Shown here piece after piece: positions 53,380-62,225 of a DNA stretch of 64,000 nt. Origin of the DNA: a virus (lineage: Duplodnaviria > Caudoviricetes). The stretch is from positions 13,314 to 77,313 of IMG/VR virus record IMGVR_UViG_3300036803_000072; one strand, given 5' to 3'. Both the position numbers and the translations under genes were made by a program. The notes under the pieces were generated by a model. That model did not search any database, was not told the origin of the DNA, and was given only the letters and a program-made list of their open reading frames with translations. The first letter of the stretch is position 1. Each line of letters starts with the position of its first letter.

Positions 53380-53625
53380 TTACTGCTGAACTACGTCTGC
53401 CGGATGCTGCCCTTTCACCGTGGCCACGAATCGGCCGCCCGTGTTGAGCGTCACCGCACCGTGCTTGCGCACCAAAGTCGGTGACGCCAACGGTGCGGTG
53501 ACGAACGCCTGGCGGGCCGCCGCGCTGGCCACCATCTCCTCCAGGGTCGCCCCAGAGTCGACCGGCCACCACTGACCCTGCCACAGTGACCACACGCGGG
53601 CTGGCGGCTCAGGTGGCTTCCTCAT
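53380..53625 (-). CDS. Hypothetical protein
   Basis: ATG 53625; Trp-rich N-terminus. Confidence 0.45.
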   Translation of the reverse strand: MRKPPEPPARVWSLWQGQWWPVDSGATLEEMVASAAARQAFVTAPLASPTLVRKHGAVTLNTGGRFVATVKGQHPADVVQQ

Positions 53626-53791
53626 CCCTAACCGCCTCCCCCGTCTTGATCTTGTCGAGTAGTCCTTTGACGAGATGCGCCGGCAGCACAGTCCAGCCGC
53701 CACCGACGGTGTTCATCTCGGCGACCAACTGGTAGCGAACCCGGAACTCCCGCGTCCCGTAGCGGTACTTCCCGGCGGCCGGCTGGCTCAC
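53609..53791 (-). CDS. Hypothetical protein
   Basis: GTGA overlap at 53791. Confidence 0.45.
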   Translation of the reverse strand: MSQPAAGKYRYGTREFRVRYQLVAEMNTVGGGWTVLPAHLVKGLLDKIKTGEAVRDEEAT

Positions 53792-53994
53792 AGCTGCCTC
53801 CCCAGTCGATCGGCGAGCTCGCGGGCGGTGCGACGCCACTCGGTGCGCCGCTTGAAAGTCTGCCGCGACATTCCGCGCGCCATCCCGTACTCGTGCCATT
53901 CCCGCGCGACCGCCATGAGCGCCTCGACGTCGAGGCAACCATCGCGCACGTAGGGGTCGACCCCGCGACCCTCGATCACCAGCGGATCAAGCAT
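53788..53994 (-). CDS. Hypothetical protein
   Basis: 68-aa ORF with coupled overlaps. Confidence 0.5.
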   Translation of the reverse strand: MLDPLVIEGRGVDPYVRDGCLDVEALMAVAREWHEYGMARGMSRQTFKRRTEWRRTARELADRLGRQL

Positions 53995-54391
53995 GGGCCA
54001 CCGCTATGACCTGGTAAGTATCACCGTCGACCGCGACATGATGGCCGTCGTCGTGCTCAACCCGGTGGCACTGGTGGTCACCCAACGGGTACGTGCACTG
54101 GGCTTCGTCTGGAGCGACAACGCGGACGCGGGCAGTGTCGTCGCCGACCTTCAGGCCAGCGTAAATCTCATTCGCTGCCTCGTCGTGCGCAGCCAGGGCC
54201 AAGGTGAGGTTGGCCTGTAGACGCCGGATCGCCGCCCGGCCACTGCGACTACCGGGATCGAAGGCCACCAGGCACGCGTAGCCCTCGATGGTGATGCACT
54301 CGGGTGCCTCGTTCGCCCAGGTCTCGATGTTCACGGTGTAGGTGTTGCCGTCGGGTGTGGTGATGGGCTCACCGATCTGTCGATTCGTCAT
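53987..54391 (-). CDS. Hypothetical protein
   Basis: First gene after a promoter motif; C-terminal C...HQC...H.DGHH motif. Confidence 0.55.
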   Translation of the reverse strand: MTNRQIGEPITTPDGNTYTVNIETWANEAPECITIEGYACLVAFDPGSRSGRAAIRRLQANLTLALAAHDEAANEIYAGLKVGDDTARVRVVAPDEAQCTYPLGDHQCHRVEHDDGHHVAVDGDTYQVIAVAHA

Positions 54392-54403
54392 GATCGTCTC
54401 GTC

Positions 54404-54697
54404 TCACTCGTAATGGACCGGAACAGGGGCCAGCGTACCATGCCACCATTGTCCGGTGTCAATCCCATCCACTACCGACGGATGACGCACCCGACCCCGC
54501 TCATCGCGGTACTCCGGACGCTCATCAGTGAGCAGGCCCAGCATGTCCAACAGCGCCGTCGCATCGGGCGAATCAGTCGCCCGACGCTTCACCGTGATCC
54601 GGGCCCGCTGATGCGCCACCGCTAGCTGATCGGCGGAGACGTTGGGGGTTCGCTGAGAGGAGACGACGTGGGACTCGTAGAGGTCTCTGCGCGGCAT
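54404..54697 (-). CDS. Hypothetical protein
   Basis: ATG 54697; start uncertain. Confidence 0.4.
   Translation of the reverse strand: MPRRDLYESHVVSSQRTPNVSADQLAVAHQRARITVKRRATDSPDATALLDMLGLLTDERPEYRDERGRVRHPSVVDGIDTGQWWHGTLAPVPVHYE
54417..54440 (-). promoter_or_regulatory. Element-specific promoter motif
   Basis: TGGTACGCT-N6-TGTTCCGGT. Confidence 0.7.
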
Positions 54698-55038
54698 GCC
54701 GCTAGTTTCGCGCGCAGCGCCTCCGGCCACTCGTCATGGTCACCCGACAGGCCGGCGATCTCCGCCAGCTCGGCGAGCAAAGCGCGATCAAAGATGGCAA
54801 AGGCGCGTAGGTCGTGCACGCCACGGTGACCGAGTGGATACTCGATGCCGTAGGCACGTAGTTCGTCGTTGACTTTGGCCAGTGAGCACGCTGGGCAGAA
54901 GTAGCCCGTGCGGCACTGGGGGATGACGCTGCACCCGATCCACACCGGCTTGAAACCTTGACCAGTGACCTCGTCAGCCAGGTAATCGAGCACGGCCACG
55001 CTGCCGAGGCCACGACACAGCCAGCAGGGCTCACTCAC
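54622..55038 (-). CDS. Cys-rich hypothetical protein
   Basis: GTGA overlap with the S2P stop; CWLC, C...C, CPAC. Confidence 0.5.
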   Translation of the reverse strand: MSEPCWLCRGLGSVAVLDYLADEVTGQGFKPVWIGCSVIPQCRTGYFCPACSLAKVNDELRAYGIEYPLGHRGVHDLRAFAIFDRALLAELAEIAGLSGDHDEWPEALRAKLAACRAETSTSPTSSPLSEPPTSPPIS

Positions 55039-55793
55039 GACACTGCCCGGCCAATCAGCCACCACATGTCGGAGCCCAGCACATACAGCACGAGCGCGGC
55101 GGACAGAGCGCCGGTGACACCACTGAACCAACGAGTGGCTTCACTACCGCCCCGACTGTCCAGGGCGGCCTCGATGACGTGCCCACCGTCGAAAGGCAGC
55201 ATCGGCAGCATGTTCAGCAACCCCAGGCCGATCGAGGCGAGACCGGCCAGCAGGATCGCCGTGGTCAGCGAATTTGACTGTAGGCCGGTGACCAGACCCA
55301 CCGGGCCCTCCGGCTGACCTAGCGTGCTGGTCAGCGACCACGCAGTGAGCGCAAGCACCGGCAAACCCAGTACGGGGATCCCGTAGGAACAAAATGGGCG
55401 TCGCGCCACCCACAGGACCACACCAACAGCGGCGGTGACAGCACTGGACAGCCAGTGACCATCCAACGCAGCCACCAGGGCCAGTGCGGCGGTACCGATG
55501 ACCAGGTTGACCAGCACACCAGCGCCGGAATACCACGCCCGGTCCCGGTAGGGCAGGGCTGCGATCGCCTCAGCGTCGTCAGGGTCGGGCATGACGTAGG
55601 CGCCGAGCAGGATCGGCGAGAGCACCACCCGGAACGGCAAGCGCCCGGAGTCGATCTTTAGCCGGGGTCCGATCGGGATGCCGACGCCGACCTCGATAAT
55701 GCGGAAGCCGAGCCGGCGCAGGGCCAGCGCGTGCGCTGCCTCGTGCGCGGCCACGGAAGCGATCAATAGCAGGATGGCGATAGCGGTCCACAT
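55035..55793 (-). CDS. M50 site-2 intramembrane metalloprotease (RseP-like, no PDZ)
   Basis: AHEAAH (HExxH), EVGVGIP, GAYVMP, GVLVNL, NMLPMLPFDGGH; GAGGAG RBS. Confidence 0.88.
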   Translation of the reverse strand: MWTAIAILLLIASVAAHEAAHALALRRLGFRIIEVGVGIPIGPRLKIDSGRLPFRVVLSPILLGAYVMPDPDDAEAIAALPYRDRAWYSGAGVLVNLVIGTAALALVAALDGHWLSSAVTAAVGVVLWVARRPFCSYGIPVLGLPVLALTAWSLTSTLGQPEGPVGLVTGLQSNSLTTAILLAGLASIGLGLLNMLPMLPFDGGHVIEAALDSRGGSEATRWFSGVTGALSAALVLYVLGSDMWWLIGRAVS

Positions 55794-55961
55794 GGCGACT
55801 CCTCTACAGGGCGAACTGAACCACGAGCGCGACAAACGCGATCAGGCCCAGTGCAGGAAAAAGATCAATCCCGTGGTCGGCGAGCAGGCCGATCACCGCA
55901 CTGGCGATCCCGTTGACCAGGTCAATGAGCGCGTAAATGGTGCTCGACACGAAGTCGCCCA

Positions 55962-56291
55962 TCACGACCACTCCGGCCCGTTGGCCAGCGCGTCGGCCAC
56001 GGTGTACTGATTAACAGTCAAACCGGGGGCGCGCTCGCGAGCGATCTGAAGCGCGCGGGGCAGCGGGAAACGGAAACGGGTCAGGAAGTCGTCTTCACGG
56101 TTCGAAGGACTGGGCTCGTATTCTTCGGCCCCGTTCTCGCCATAGCAGTATCCGTCACGGCACACCGCCCACAGGTCATCACCCCGGTACTGCACCGTGA
56201 GGGTGAAGTACCGCCGCGCCTTCCAGCCGAAAGGTAGGCAGCACACCTCATATGTCGTGGCCTGAACGTTGGCCTCAGGAATACCACTCAT
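55962..56291 (-). CDS. Hypothetical phage protein
   Basis: ATG 56291 after a promoter motif; WAV...YEPSPSNREDDFL.RFRF. Confidence 0.6.
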   Translation of the reverse strand: MSGIPEANVQATTYEVCCLPFGWKARRYFTLTVQYRGDDLWAVCRDGYCYGENGAEEYEPSPSNREDDFLTRFRFPLPRALQIARERAPGLTVNQYTVADALANGPEWS

Positions 56292-56312
56292 GATCGTCTC
56301 CACTCGGTCGGT

Positions 56313-56336
56313 ACCGGAACAGCACCGACCCTACCA
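56313..56336 (-). promoter_or_regulatory. Element-specific promoter motif
   Basis: TGGTAGGGT-N6-TGTTCCGGT. Confidence 0.7.
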
Positions 56337-56337
56337 C

Positions 56338-56637
56338 CTAGGAGCGCACTGGGCAACGCGGGCAGTCCGGGTCGTGCGACCCCTCGATCACATGCTGGGC
56401 GTGATTAGCCTCAACGATCGAACCGCCGGGAGTAGTCGGAGCCCGCTGCGCCCCCCGCAACTGATGGAACGCCCCCAGATGAGCAACACCGGCCGCCGTC
56501 GCCCGCTCAGCGCCCTCCCAGTGCCGCCCCGCGCCCGGCTGGCCAGGCCGGGCGCAGAGCATGCACATCCAGAACCCGTGATGGATGGCGATCACCTCAC
56601 CCAGAGGCAACTCCACCCACCGGACCGGGTCAGACAT
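56338..56637 (-). CDS. Small Zn-binding hypothetical protein
   Basis: CMLC...H...H, CPRC. Confidence 0.45.
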   Translation of the reverse strand: MSDPVRWVELPLGEVIAIHHGFWMCMLCARPGQPGAGRHWEGAERATAAGVAHLGAFHQLRGAQRAPTTPGGSIVEANHAQHVIEGSHDPDCPRCPVRS

Positions 56638-57199
56638 GCCCGGTCGGAGTGGTCCGGCCATCCCACGCATCCCAGCTACCGGTGAGCTCATCGAACTCCG
56701 GCCGAGCCGGCGCGGCCTCGACCGCAGACAGCCCCCCAGGGCTCGAATCGTCGTCGTCGGGTGCATCGAGGGCAGCGCCGTCCAACCGATCCTGGGCGAC
56801 GGCCAGGGCGTCGCGAAACCGCAGCGCGAGCAAGACAATCACCGCGACCAGGCCGATCGCCAGGCCGGTCGTGAACATGTTGCCCACCGCCACCGACGTC
56901 ACCGCGTATGCGCCCACGCACAACAGGCCGGCGATCATCGCGAACAGCGTGTAGCGGGCCACCACGAGCCCCGTAGTAAAATGATCATCGAAAGTGCGCA
57001 CCGTGTGATCGAACTCCGGCTCGGCGACCTCGACCGGCGTCACAGGCGCCGGCTCGGCCACCACAGGCTCGGCCACCGGCGCCGGCAACGGTGTCCAGCC
57101 AGGGAACACATCCCCCGGACTGTCATAACTCGGAATAACGATGACCTCCGGCGGTACCGCCGGAGCGGCCACCGCCTCGCGCTCGTTCCTAGTGTCCAC
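56630..57199 (-). CDS. Membrane protein with Pro-rich N-terminus
   Basis: PVAEP repeats followed by 2-3 TM segments. Confidence 0.55.
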   Translation of the reverse strand: MDTRNEREAVAAPAVPPEVIVIPSYDSPGDVFPGWTPLPAPVAEPVVAEPAPVTPVEVAEPEFDHTVRTFDDHFTTGLVVARYTLFAMIAGLLCVGAYAVTSVAVGNMFTTGLAIGLVAVIVLLALRFRDALAVAQDRLDGAALDAPDDDDSSPGGLSAVEAAPARPEFDELTGSWDAWDGRTTPTGHV

Positions 57200-57977
57200 T
57201 GCTCACACTCACTTTCTCCGCAATACCGATATCAACCAGTGCCCGTCGTAAGGGCGCCCCGTATTCCCACAGCGCGCGCTGAATGATGATCGCCCGCGCC
57301 ACGTCCGGCGCCGCCCGATGCTGCCCGCGCAAACCGCTCAGCCACGCCGAGGGCACGTCATCGCCGTAAGCGTACTGCGAACCCGAGGCCAGTTCGATCC
57401 TCGCGCGCTCCACCCCGAACTCCCGAATGAACCAGGCGATCACCGCCTCCTCGGCGTTGTTACCCAGCAGCGCGGTCTGGGTGACCGAGACGTCCACGGT
57501 GCGGTAGTGCGTCGGACCCGTCTCACCCTGGCGGGCGACCACACCGGGGCAGTGCTCCCGCAACAGTGGGTGATCGAACTGGGCGACACCGCAGCCCGCG
57601 ACGTGCACTTTCTCCCCAGGGGTGGTGGCGTCGGCGAGATCGTCGAGCAGGAGCCGCTCCAGCTGGTCACCGTTGAGCAGACGCTGACCGGGTGGGCAGC
57701 GCAGCCACGCGTCGTACAGGCCGGACGTCTCGGCCATGCGCATCGCGGTCTCGTCACGCCGAAACGGGCGGTCATCGGCCCAGACCGGGAAGTTGGTGTC
57801 GCTGCGCTTCAGCGGCAGCACCGTGTAGCCCATCGACGAGGTGATCTCGGCGAACCGGGACCGCAGCGGCAGGCGCTGCTCACCGTTAAGAGCGCACACA
57901 GTCCAGGCCACTTCTAATAAAGTATCGTCTTTAGTCAGGCCCGTGGTCTCGCAGTCGAATACCAGTAGCGCCGTCAC
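57189..57977 (-). CDS. DEDDh 3'-5' exonuclease (oligoribonuclease / DnaQ-like)
   Basis: FDCETTGL (ExoI), AQFDHPLL (ExoII), HRAAPD (ExoIII). Confidence 0.8.
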   Translation of the reverse strand: MTALLVFDCETTGLTKDDTLLEVAWTVCALNGEQRLPLRSRFAEITSSMGYTVLPLKRSDTNFPVWADDRPFRRDETAMRMAETSGLYDAWLRCPPGQRLLNGDQLERLLLDDLADATTPGEKVHVAGCGVAQFDHPLLREHCPGVVARQGETGPTHYRTVDVSVTQTALLGNNAEEAVIAWFIREFGVERARIELASGSQYAYGDDVPSAWLSGLRGQHRAAPDVARAIIIQRALWEYGAPLRRALVDIGIAEKVSVSSGH

Positions 57978-57980
57978 CCG

Positions 57981-58280
57981 TTACCACCAGTCCAGATCAG
58001 TAGTGCGATCGAGTTTGCTTTCTTCGCGGTCGATATACCGGTTAACGATGAACACCGTCACGCAATACAGCGCCACCAGCACCGCGCAAAACGTGCCAGC
58101 TATCCAGTCGGAAACACTGAAATTGTAGGCCCCGAAAGAAGTGAGGATCGCCGCCATCACGAGCGTGAGATTGCGCCCATTACGCGCATCCCGCAGATCG
58201 CCCGGCCCCTTGCGCAGAAGCTGGACGAAAGAGTAGCCATTGATGATCAGTGTGATCGCGCAACCGAGAATCTCGATCAT
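57981..58280 (-). CDS. Small membrane protein
   Basis: Three TM segments. Confidence 0.55.
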   Translation of the reverse strand: MIEILGCAITLIINGYSFVQLLRKGPGDLRDARNGRNLTLVMAAILTSFGAYNFSVSDWIAGTFCAVLVALYCVTVFIVNRYIDREESKLDRTTDLDWW

Positions 58281-58651
58281 GACGCGTCTCCGTTCGCCCG
58301 GGCCGCCGGAGCTCGGGGGATGGGCTGAGCCGGTGGCGGTGGCCGGGTCAGGGCGAACGGCAGCACGGTGGCTGTCGAAGACGGCTCGGCCTGCTCACCG
58401 GGACCGTCGGGCGGCCCCAGGCGATCGACGGCGGCACCCCACTCCTGGGCACGCTGGCGGGCCTGCATGTACTTCACGAACGCGAAGAACGCGAGGTAGA
58501 CGACGAGGATCGCCACCGTACCCATATCGACAACCCACGGTGGCGGAGTACCGAGTAGCCAGTTCGAGGCATAGACGTGCCCCGACCAGATCAGGAACAC
58601 CGACAGAACCAGGAAGCCGACCGCAATCAAGGATCCGAGAGCCTTAGGCAT
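58277..58651 (-). CDS. Membrane protein
   Basis: Two TM segments and a Pro-rich tail. Confidence 0.5.
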   Translation of the reverse strand: MPKALGSLIAVGFLVLSVFLIWSGHVYASNWLLGTPPPWVVDMGTVAILVVYLAFFAFVKYMQARQRAQEWGAAVDRLGPPDGPGEQAEPSSTATVLPFALTRPPPPAQPIPRAPAARANGDAS

Positions 58652-59000
58652 CGACGGCCTCCCTGGGCAGCACCTGACGGTGCCGGCCGTAACCGAGCGC
58701 GGGTGCCTTGTGCTCGTCAAGGAACCACACCAGTCGCCGGCAAGCATTGATGCGGGTCTGCGCCCGTCCAGCGATCACCAGGGCAGCTGGCACGACGTCG
58801 GAGGGGCAGCCGTCGGTCTCATGACCTTCGCGCCCGTCGCCCCGGTAGGCGCCCGGCCAGCTCTCCCACACCCAGCGGGACCGATCGAGGTAGACGACGC
58901 CCAGGGTGCGGCCAGTGGTCTCCAGGCGCACCCAGTAGCCGCCGGATTCGCGTGCGCAGAGGCGCAGCTTCCGGTCTTCGATAGTCAGGCGGTGGCTCAT
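58644..59000 (-). CDS. Hypothetical protein
   Basis: ATGA overlap at 59000. Confidence 0.5.
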   Translation of the reverse strand: MSHRLTIEDRKLRLCARESGGYWVRLETTGRTLGVVYLDRSRWVWESWPGAYRGDGREGHETDGCPSDVVPAALVIAGRAQTRINACRRLVWFLDEHKAPALGYGRHRQVLPREAVDA

Positions 59001-59206
59001 GCCGTCTCCTCTTGGCGTGCTTCGCGGAAGTAGCGGCGCAGCATCCACACCGACCACGGCCAAACGGCCACGGTGACGGCGAGCAGTATCGCCGGGTGCA
59101 GCTCCCCTTCGGCGCGGTGGCGATTGGTGTAGGTCAGGATCCAGACGGCGACCGCTAGGCCGGCGATGAGGTACGCGATACCGATAATGGCCAGAACTGT
59201 GATCAT
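58997..59206 (-). CDS. Small membrane protein
   Basis: AAAGGA RBS after a promoter motif; ...AVWPW. Confidence 0.6.
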   Translation of the reverse strand: MITVLAIIGIAYLIAGLAVAVWILTYTNRHRAEGELHPAILLAVTVAVWPWSVWMLRRYFREARQEETA

Positions 59207-59230
59207 GGTTTCATTCCTTTGCCTTGGTTG

Positions 59231-59254
59231 GTCGGAACAGTGGCCACCCTACCA
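59231..59254 (-). promoter_or_regulatory. Element-specific promoter motif
   Basis: TGGTAGGGT-N6-TGTTCCGAC. Confidence 0.68.
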
Positions 59255-59316
59255 TGACATAGAGTGAGGGGGCCAGCGCCTTAGCACCGACCCCCTCGCG
59301 GGTCAACCCCTCCCAG

Positions 59317-59469
59317 TTAGATGACCATGAGCGCCAGCACTGCGACCACCGTGGCCACGACCATCAAAACGGTGGCCATCACGGCTACCAGGTAGTCGCT
59401 CCGAGCCCGGCCGCTGACCATGTCCAGCGCGAGTGCCTGAGCTGCTTCGCGGGCGGTGGTGGTGCTCAT
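59317..59469 (-). CDS. Tiny membrane protein (50 aa)
   Basis: Manual translation; C-terminal TM segment. Confidence 0.45.
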   Translation of the reverse strand: MSTTTAREAAQALALDMVSGRARSDYLVAVMATVLMVVATVVAVLALMVI

Positions 59470-59899
59470 GTTCTGTATCCGTTCTGTTCGATGTGTGCCT
59501 TACACCCGGTATATCGCCAGCCGGAACCCGAGTGTTACGCAGCCACGCAATACTCACCGGTGGTGGCAGATCAAGACCGACCGCACGGCGAAGCACTGGA
59601 TCTCGGGATGGTGCACCAGCTCCCACACCAGTACGCAGCCCAGCGCGATCACGACCAGCAGCACCAGGACGAACCCAACGTCGGATCTACTTCAGGGACT
59701 ACCGGGCTCGGTGAACCGACCGTCGGGGCCGATAGTCGACGTGCAGTTGTTGGCGTTCCCACCGCACGAGCTCTGCATCGGCCCGTAGGGGCCACCGGGG
59801 TTGTTCCCGCACCCCGCTGGCTCACACGACGACAGTTGTACGGGCACGACACCAGCGAACAGGTCCGCGATTCGTAAGGTCATACCAGCAGCTAACCGG

Positions 59900-60232
59900 C
59901 TAACCCCGGCCATGTCTAACACTGAATCGGGGCCGCAGGACCAGCTCCGTCGACGGCAGGAAACCATCCACCGGGCCGCGTCGCCCCGACAGCGCCCACC
60001 GGTGCGCCATCACCCCACGCCACAAAAACCACCACGAGGCATCCGAGTAACCGCACGTCGCCGACTCGACCACCCAACGATGTGAGCGCACCGCCAGCAG
60101 CCACCGCGCGGTATCCACCAACTCCCGAGTGCGCTCCCACGTGCTCCAGTGCGTGTACGGATTGTCCCGAATCAAAATCAGCACGGGCACGCTGGCGATC
60201 TCCCAGTCACCACGCCAGTCCAAGACGGTCAC
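59900..60232 (-). CDS. Trp-rich hypothetical protein
   Basis: GTGA overlap with the upstream ORF. Confidence 0.4.
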   Translation of the reverse strand: MTVLDWRGDWEIASVPVLILIRDNPYTHWSTWERTRELVDTARWLLAVRSHRWVVESATCGYSDASWWFLWRGVMAHRWALSGRRGPVDGFLPSTELVLRPRFSVRHGRG

Positions 60233-60741
60233 GAGCTCGCCCGATTCGCGAGCAGGCCCTCGTGGCAACGGGTGATCAGGACGCCGGTGTCGTCTTCGGA
60301 CATCGCCCAGTCACACCCGTGACCGTATCGTGAGCAGTGATAACTCCACGAGTACCAACGGTTGTAAACGATCTCCGCCGAACATTTCGGGCACGGGACA
60401 CCGGTGCGGTAACCCTTCGGCCAGCTATCGGCGGCGACCATCGGCGCCGGCTCGGCGTCGTCGAGGACGGATTTCAGTTCCATGGCCACCTCGTGCAACG
60501 CCGTTTCCATGCCTGCGAGGAACGCGTCACCACTCGCGGGACGGGAACGCTGCTCCCACTCGATGGCCAGCGACCTGATCTTCTCGATCTTCGCCGCGTC
60601 CGAGACCGGCCGGTGTGCCGGCCGGTAAGGCTCATAGTCCGCAGGTGAGGCTGACCCGTCGATCTGCCACAGACCGATGTAGCGTCCCGGTCGCTCGTTA
60701 GCGACGCGGGCCCGAAGGTTGAAGCGATCCTCAATGGTCAC
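60229..60741 (-). CDS. Hypothetical protein with a C-terminal Zn ribbon
   Basis: CPKC...YHCSRYGHGCDW; GTGA overlap. Confidence 0.55.
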   Translation of the reverse strand: MTIEDRFNLRARVANERPGRYIGLWQIDGSASPADYEPYRPAHRPVSDAAKIEKIRSLAIEWEQRSRPASGDAFLAGMETALHEVAMELKSVLDDAEPAPMVAADSWPKGYRTGVPCPKCSAEIVYNRWYSWSYHCSRYGHGCDWAMSEDDTGVLITRCHEGLLANRASS

Positions 60742-61055
60742 GGGATATCCAGTCTCGTGATGTCGAGCCCGTAGAGGCGCGCGGCGGCTGCCGCGCTGGT
60801 CTCGGCCAGCGCCTCGGAGAACTCGCCGACACTGACGTAGGCCAGCGCGGAAATCACCCGGTCACCCTGAACGAGGGACACGGAGTAGGTGTCGCAGCTG
60901 CGGCTGTACATGACGCGCACGGTGCGCCGGCCAGCGAGCAGGGCAGTGACCGGCGCGGCCATCTCTGTCCTTGTGGCCGCGAGCACGGAGGGGGCGGCGA
61001 GCTCCCACGGCAGGTCGTTGAACGTGGCGCGGGCGGCGATCGAAGCGAAACTCAT
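60738..61055 (-). CDS. Hypothetical protein
   Basis: GAGGAG RBS after a promoter motif. Confidence 0.6.
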   Translation of the reverse strand: MSFASIAARATFNDLPWELAAPSVLAATRTEMAAPVTALLAGRRTVRVMYSRSCDTYSVSLVQGDRVISALAYVSVGEFSEALAETSAAAAARLYGLDITRLDIP

Positions 61056-61075
61056 GACTGTCTCCTCACTCGGCT

Positions 61076-61099
61076 ACCGGAACGTAGCAGAGTCTACCA
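61076..61099 (-). promoter_or_regulatory. Element-specific promoter motif
   Basis: TGGTAGACT-N6-CGTTCCGGT. Confidence 0.7.
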
Positions 61100-61103
61100 C
61101 GGG

Positions 61104-61673
61104 TCAGGCGCGGGAGACGAGATCCTCCGCCGCCAACACGGCGGCCTGCGCGAGACGTTTCGTGTCCGGCTCATCCCAGTCCAGACCGACCTTCTCACAC
61201 AGCGCCTGAGCCAACGCCGCCATCCGCTGACCCTGAGTTTTGATCGCATCAGCGGCCCGGACTTCCAGCTGAAGGCGCACCGACAGCGCCAGGAGATCCT
61301 TCAGCCGGTCCCGCTCCTCCGATTCCAGCCGGGCCAGCGCAGTGATCTCCTGAGAGGCCACTTCGACTTCCTGGGTGCCGGGGTTGTACATCAGCTTGTC
61401 GTAGACGAACGCCGTATCGGAGTCGGTGGCGTACGCCTGAGCCAGCTGGGCGGACAGCACCCGTAGGCGTTGCACCGACAGCGCCATCAGTCGCGCGTAG
61501 ACGTTGGAGAGCTGGTCGCCGTCTAAGGGCATGACGGTGTCGAAGCTGCCCAGGTCATCAGCGCCGGTTATGCCGGTCCAGGACTGCGCCTGGGCGACCA
61601 GCGCGGCTTGCCGGGCACGGGAGGCGTCGAACTGCCGGGCGACAACCGCGTAGGCGTCGCTCTCCGCTGCCAT
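61104..61673 (-). CDS. Helical protein resembling the C-terminal region of actinophage small-terminase-like proteins
   Basis: EITALARLESEERDRL..LLALSVRLQLE.RAADAIKTQGQRMA...LCEKVGL pattern; start could be at 61748. Confidence 0.4.
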   Translation of the reverse strand: MAAESDAYAVVARQFDASRARQAALVAQAQSWTGITGADDLGSFDTVMPLDGDQLSNVYARLMALSVQRLRVLSAQLAQAYATDSDTAFVYDKLMYNPGTQEVEVASQEITALARLESEERDRLKDLLALSVRLQLEVRAADAIKTQGQRMAALAQALCEKVGLDWDEPDTKRLAQAAVLAAEDLVSRA

Positions 61674-61836
61674 GACCGCAGAGTAGCTGCCGGCATAACG
61701 ATAGCGAGCTACCCGCGCCGAGGACTGAATCTCCCTATAGGCGACCACACCATCCGGGAGGTAGGTCCAAAGTATCGATGCACTCTCAGTTTCGGGTTGA
61801 TACCTATCTATCGGGTCCGACCAACATTTCCAGACC

Positions 61837-61948
61837 CGTTTCAGGTCGTATCCAGAGCTACGGTTGCGGATAGGTCTGTCCCCTAACTGGCATGCTAGTT
61901 GGCGTTCGGACCTATCCGCAACCGTAGCTCTGGATACGACCTGAAACG
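61837..61948. repeat. Perfect 40-bp inverted repeat with a 32-nt spacer
   Basis: CGTTTCAGGTCGTATCCAGAGCTACGGTTGCGGATAGGTC (61837-76) and its exact reverse complement (61909-48); spacer contains the near-palindrome AACTGGCATGCTAGTT. Confidence 0.9.
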
Positions 61949-61981
61949 CCCTCGGAGACGAAGGTCCGCAGCATAATTGAT

Positions 61982-62187
61982 GGTCTGCATCGATATACTA
62001 GATCTAGCTAATGGATCGTACGTAGATCCCGGTAGGTCTGCATCGTTCCGACCGGCTGGCCAGAACCGGACAAACAGGGCGCGCAGCAATATAGCTAGGT
62101 CGCCCGCGTTCCTGAGGACCCATCGTGCTACGCTCCCGGCGTTCCGTGCACACCACCACCAGACCGATCTCAAACTAGGTCTGCATC
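61982..62187 (+). repeat. Three GGTCTGCATC direct repeats in a lower-GC intergenic region
   Basis: Copies at 61982-91, 62035-44 and 62178-87. Confidence 0.7.
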
Positions 62188-62225
62188 AACGTATACGAAA
62201 CAGAATTGGATTAGGAGACCCTAAC

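Noticed and set aside
53380-53400. GCAGACGTAGTTCAG resembling a tRNA 5' end
   Set aside because: It is the last codons (ADVVQQ-stop) of an ORF and has no matching D-stem or acceptor partner
59692-59883. MTLRIADLFAG as a C5-methyltransferase motif I
   Set aside because: No GxGG continuation, no PC motif, and the ORF is only about 63 aa
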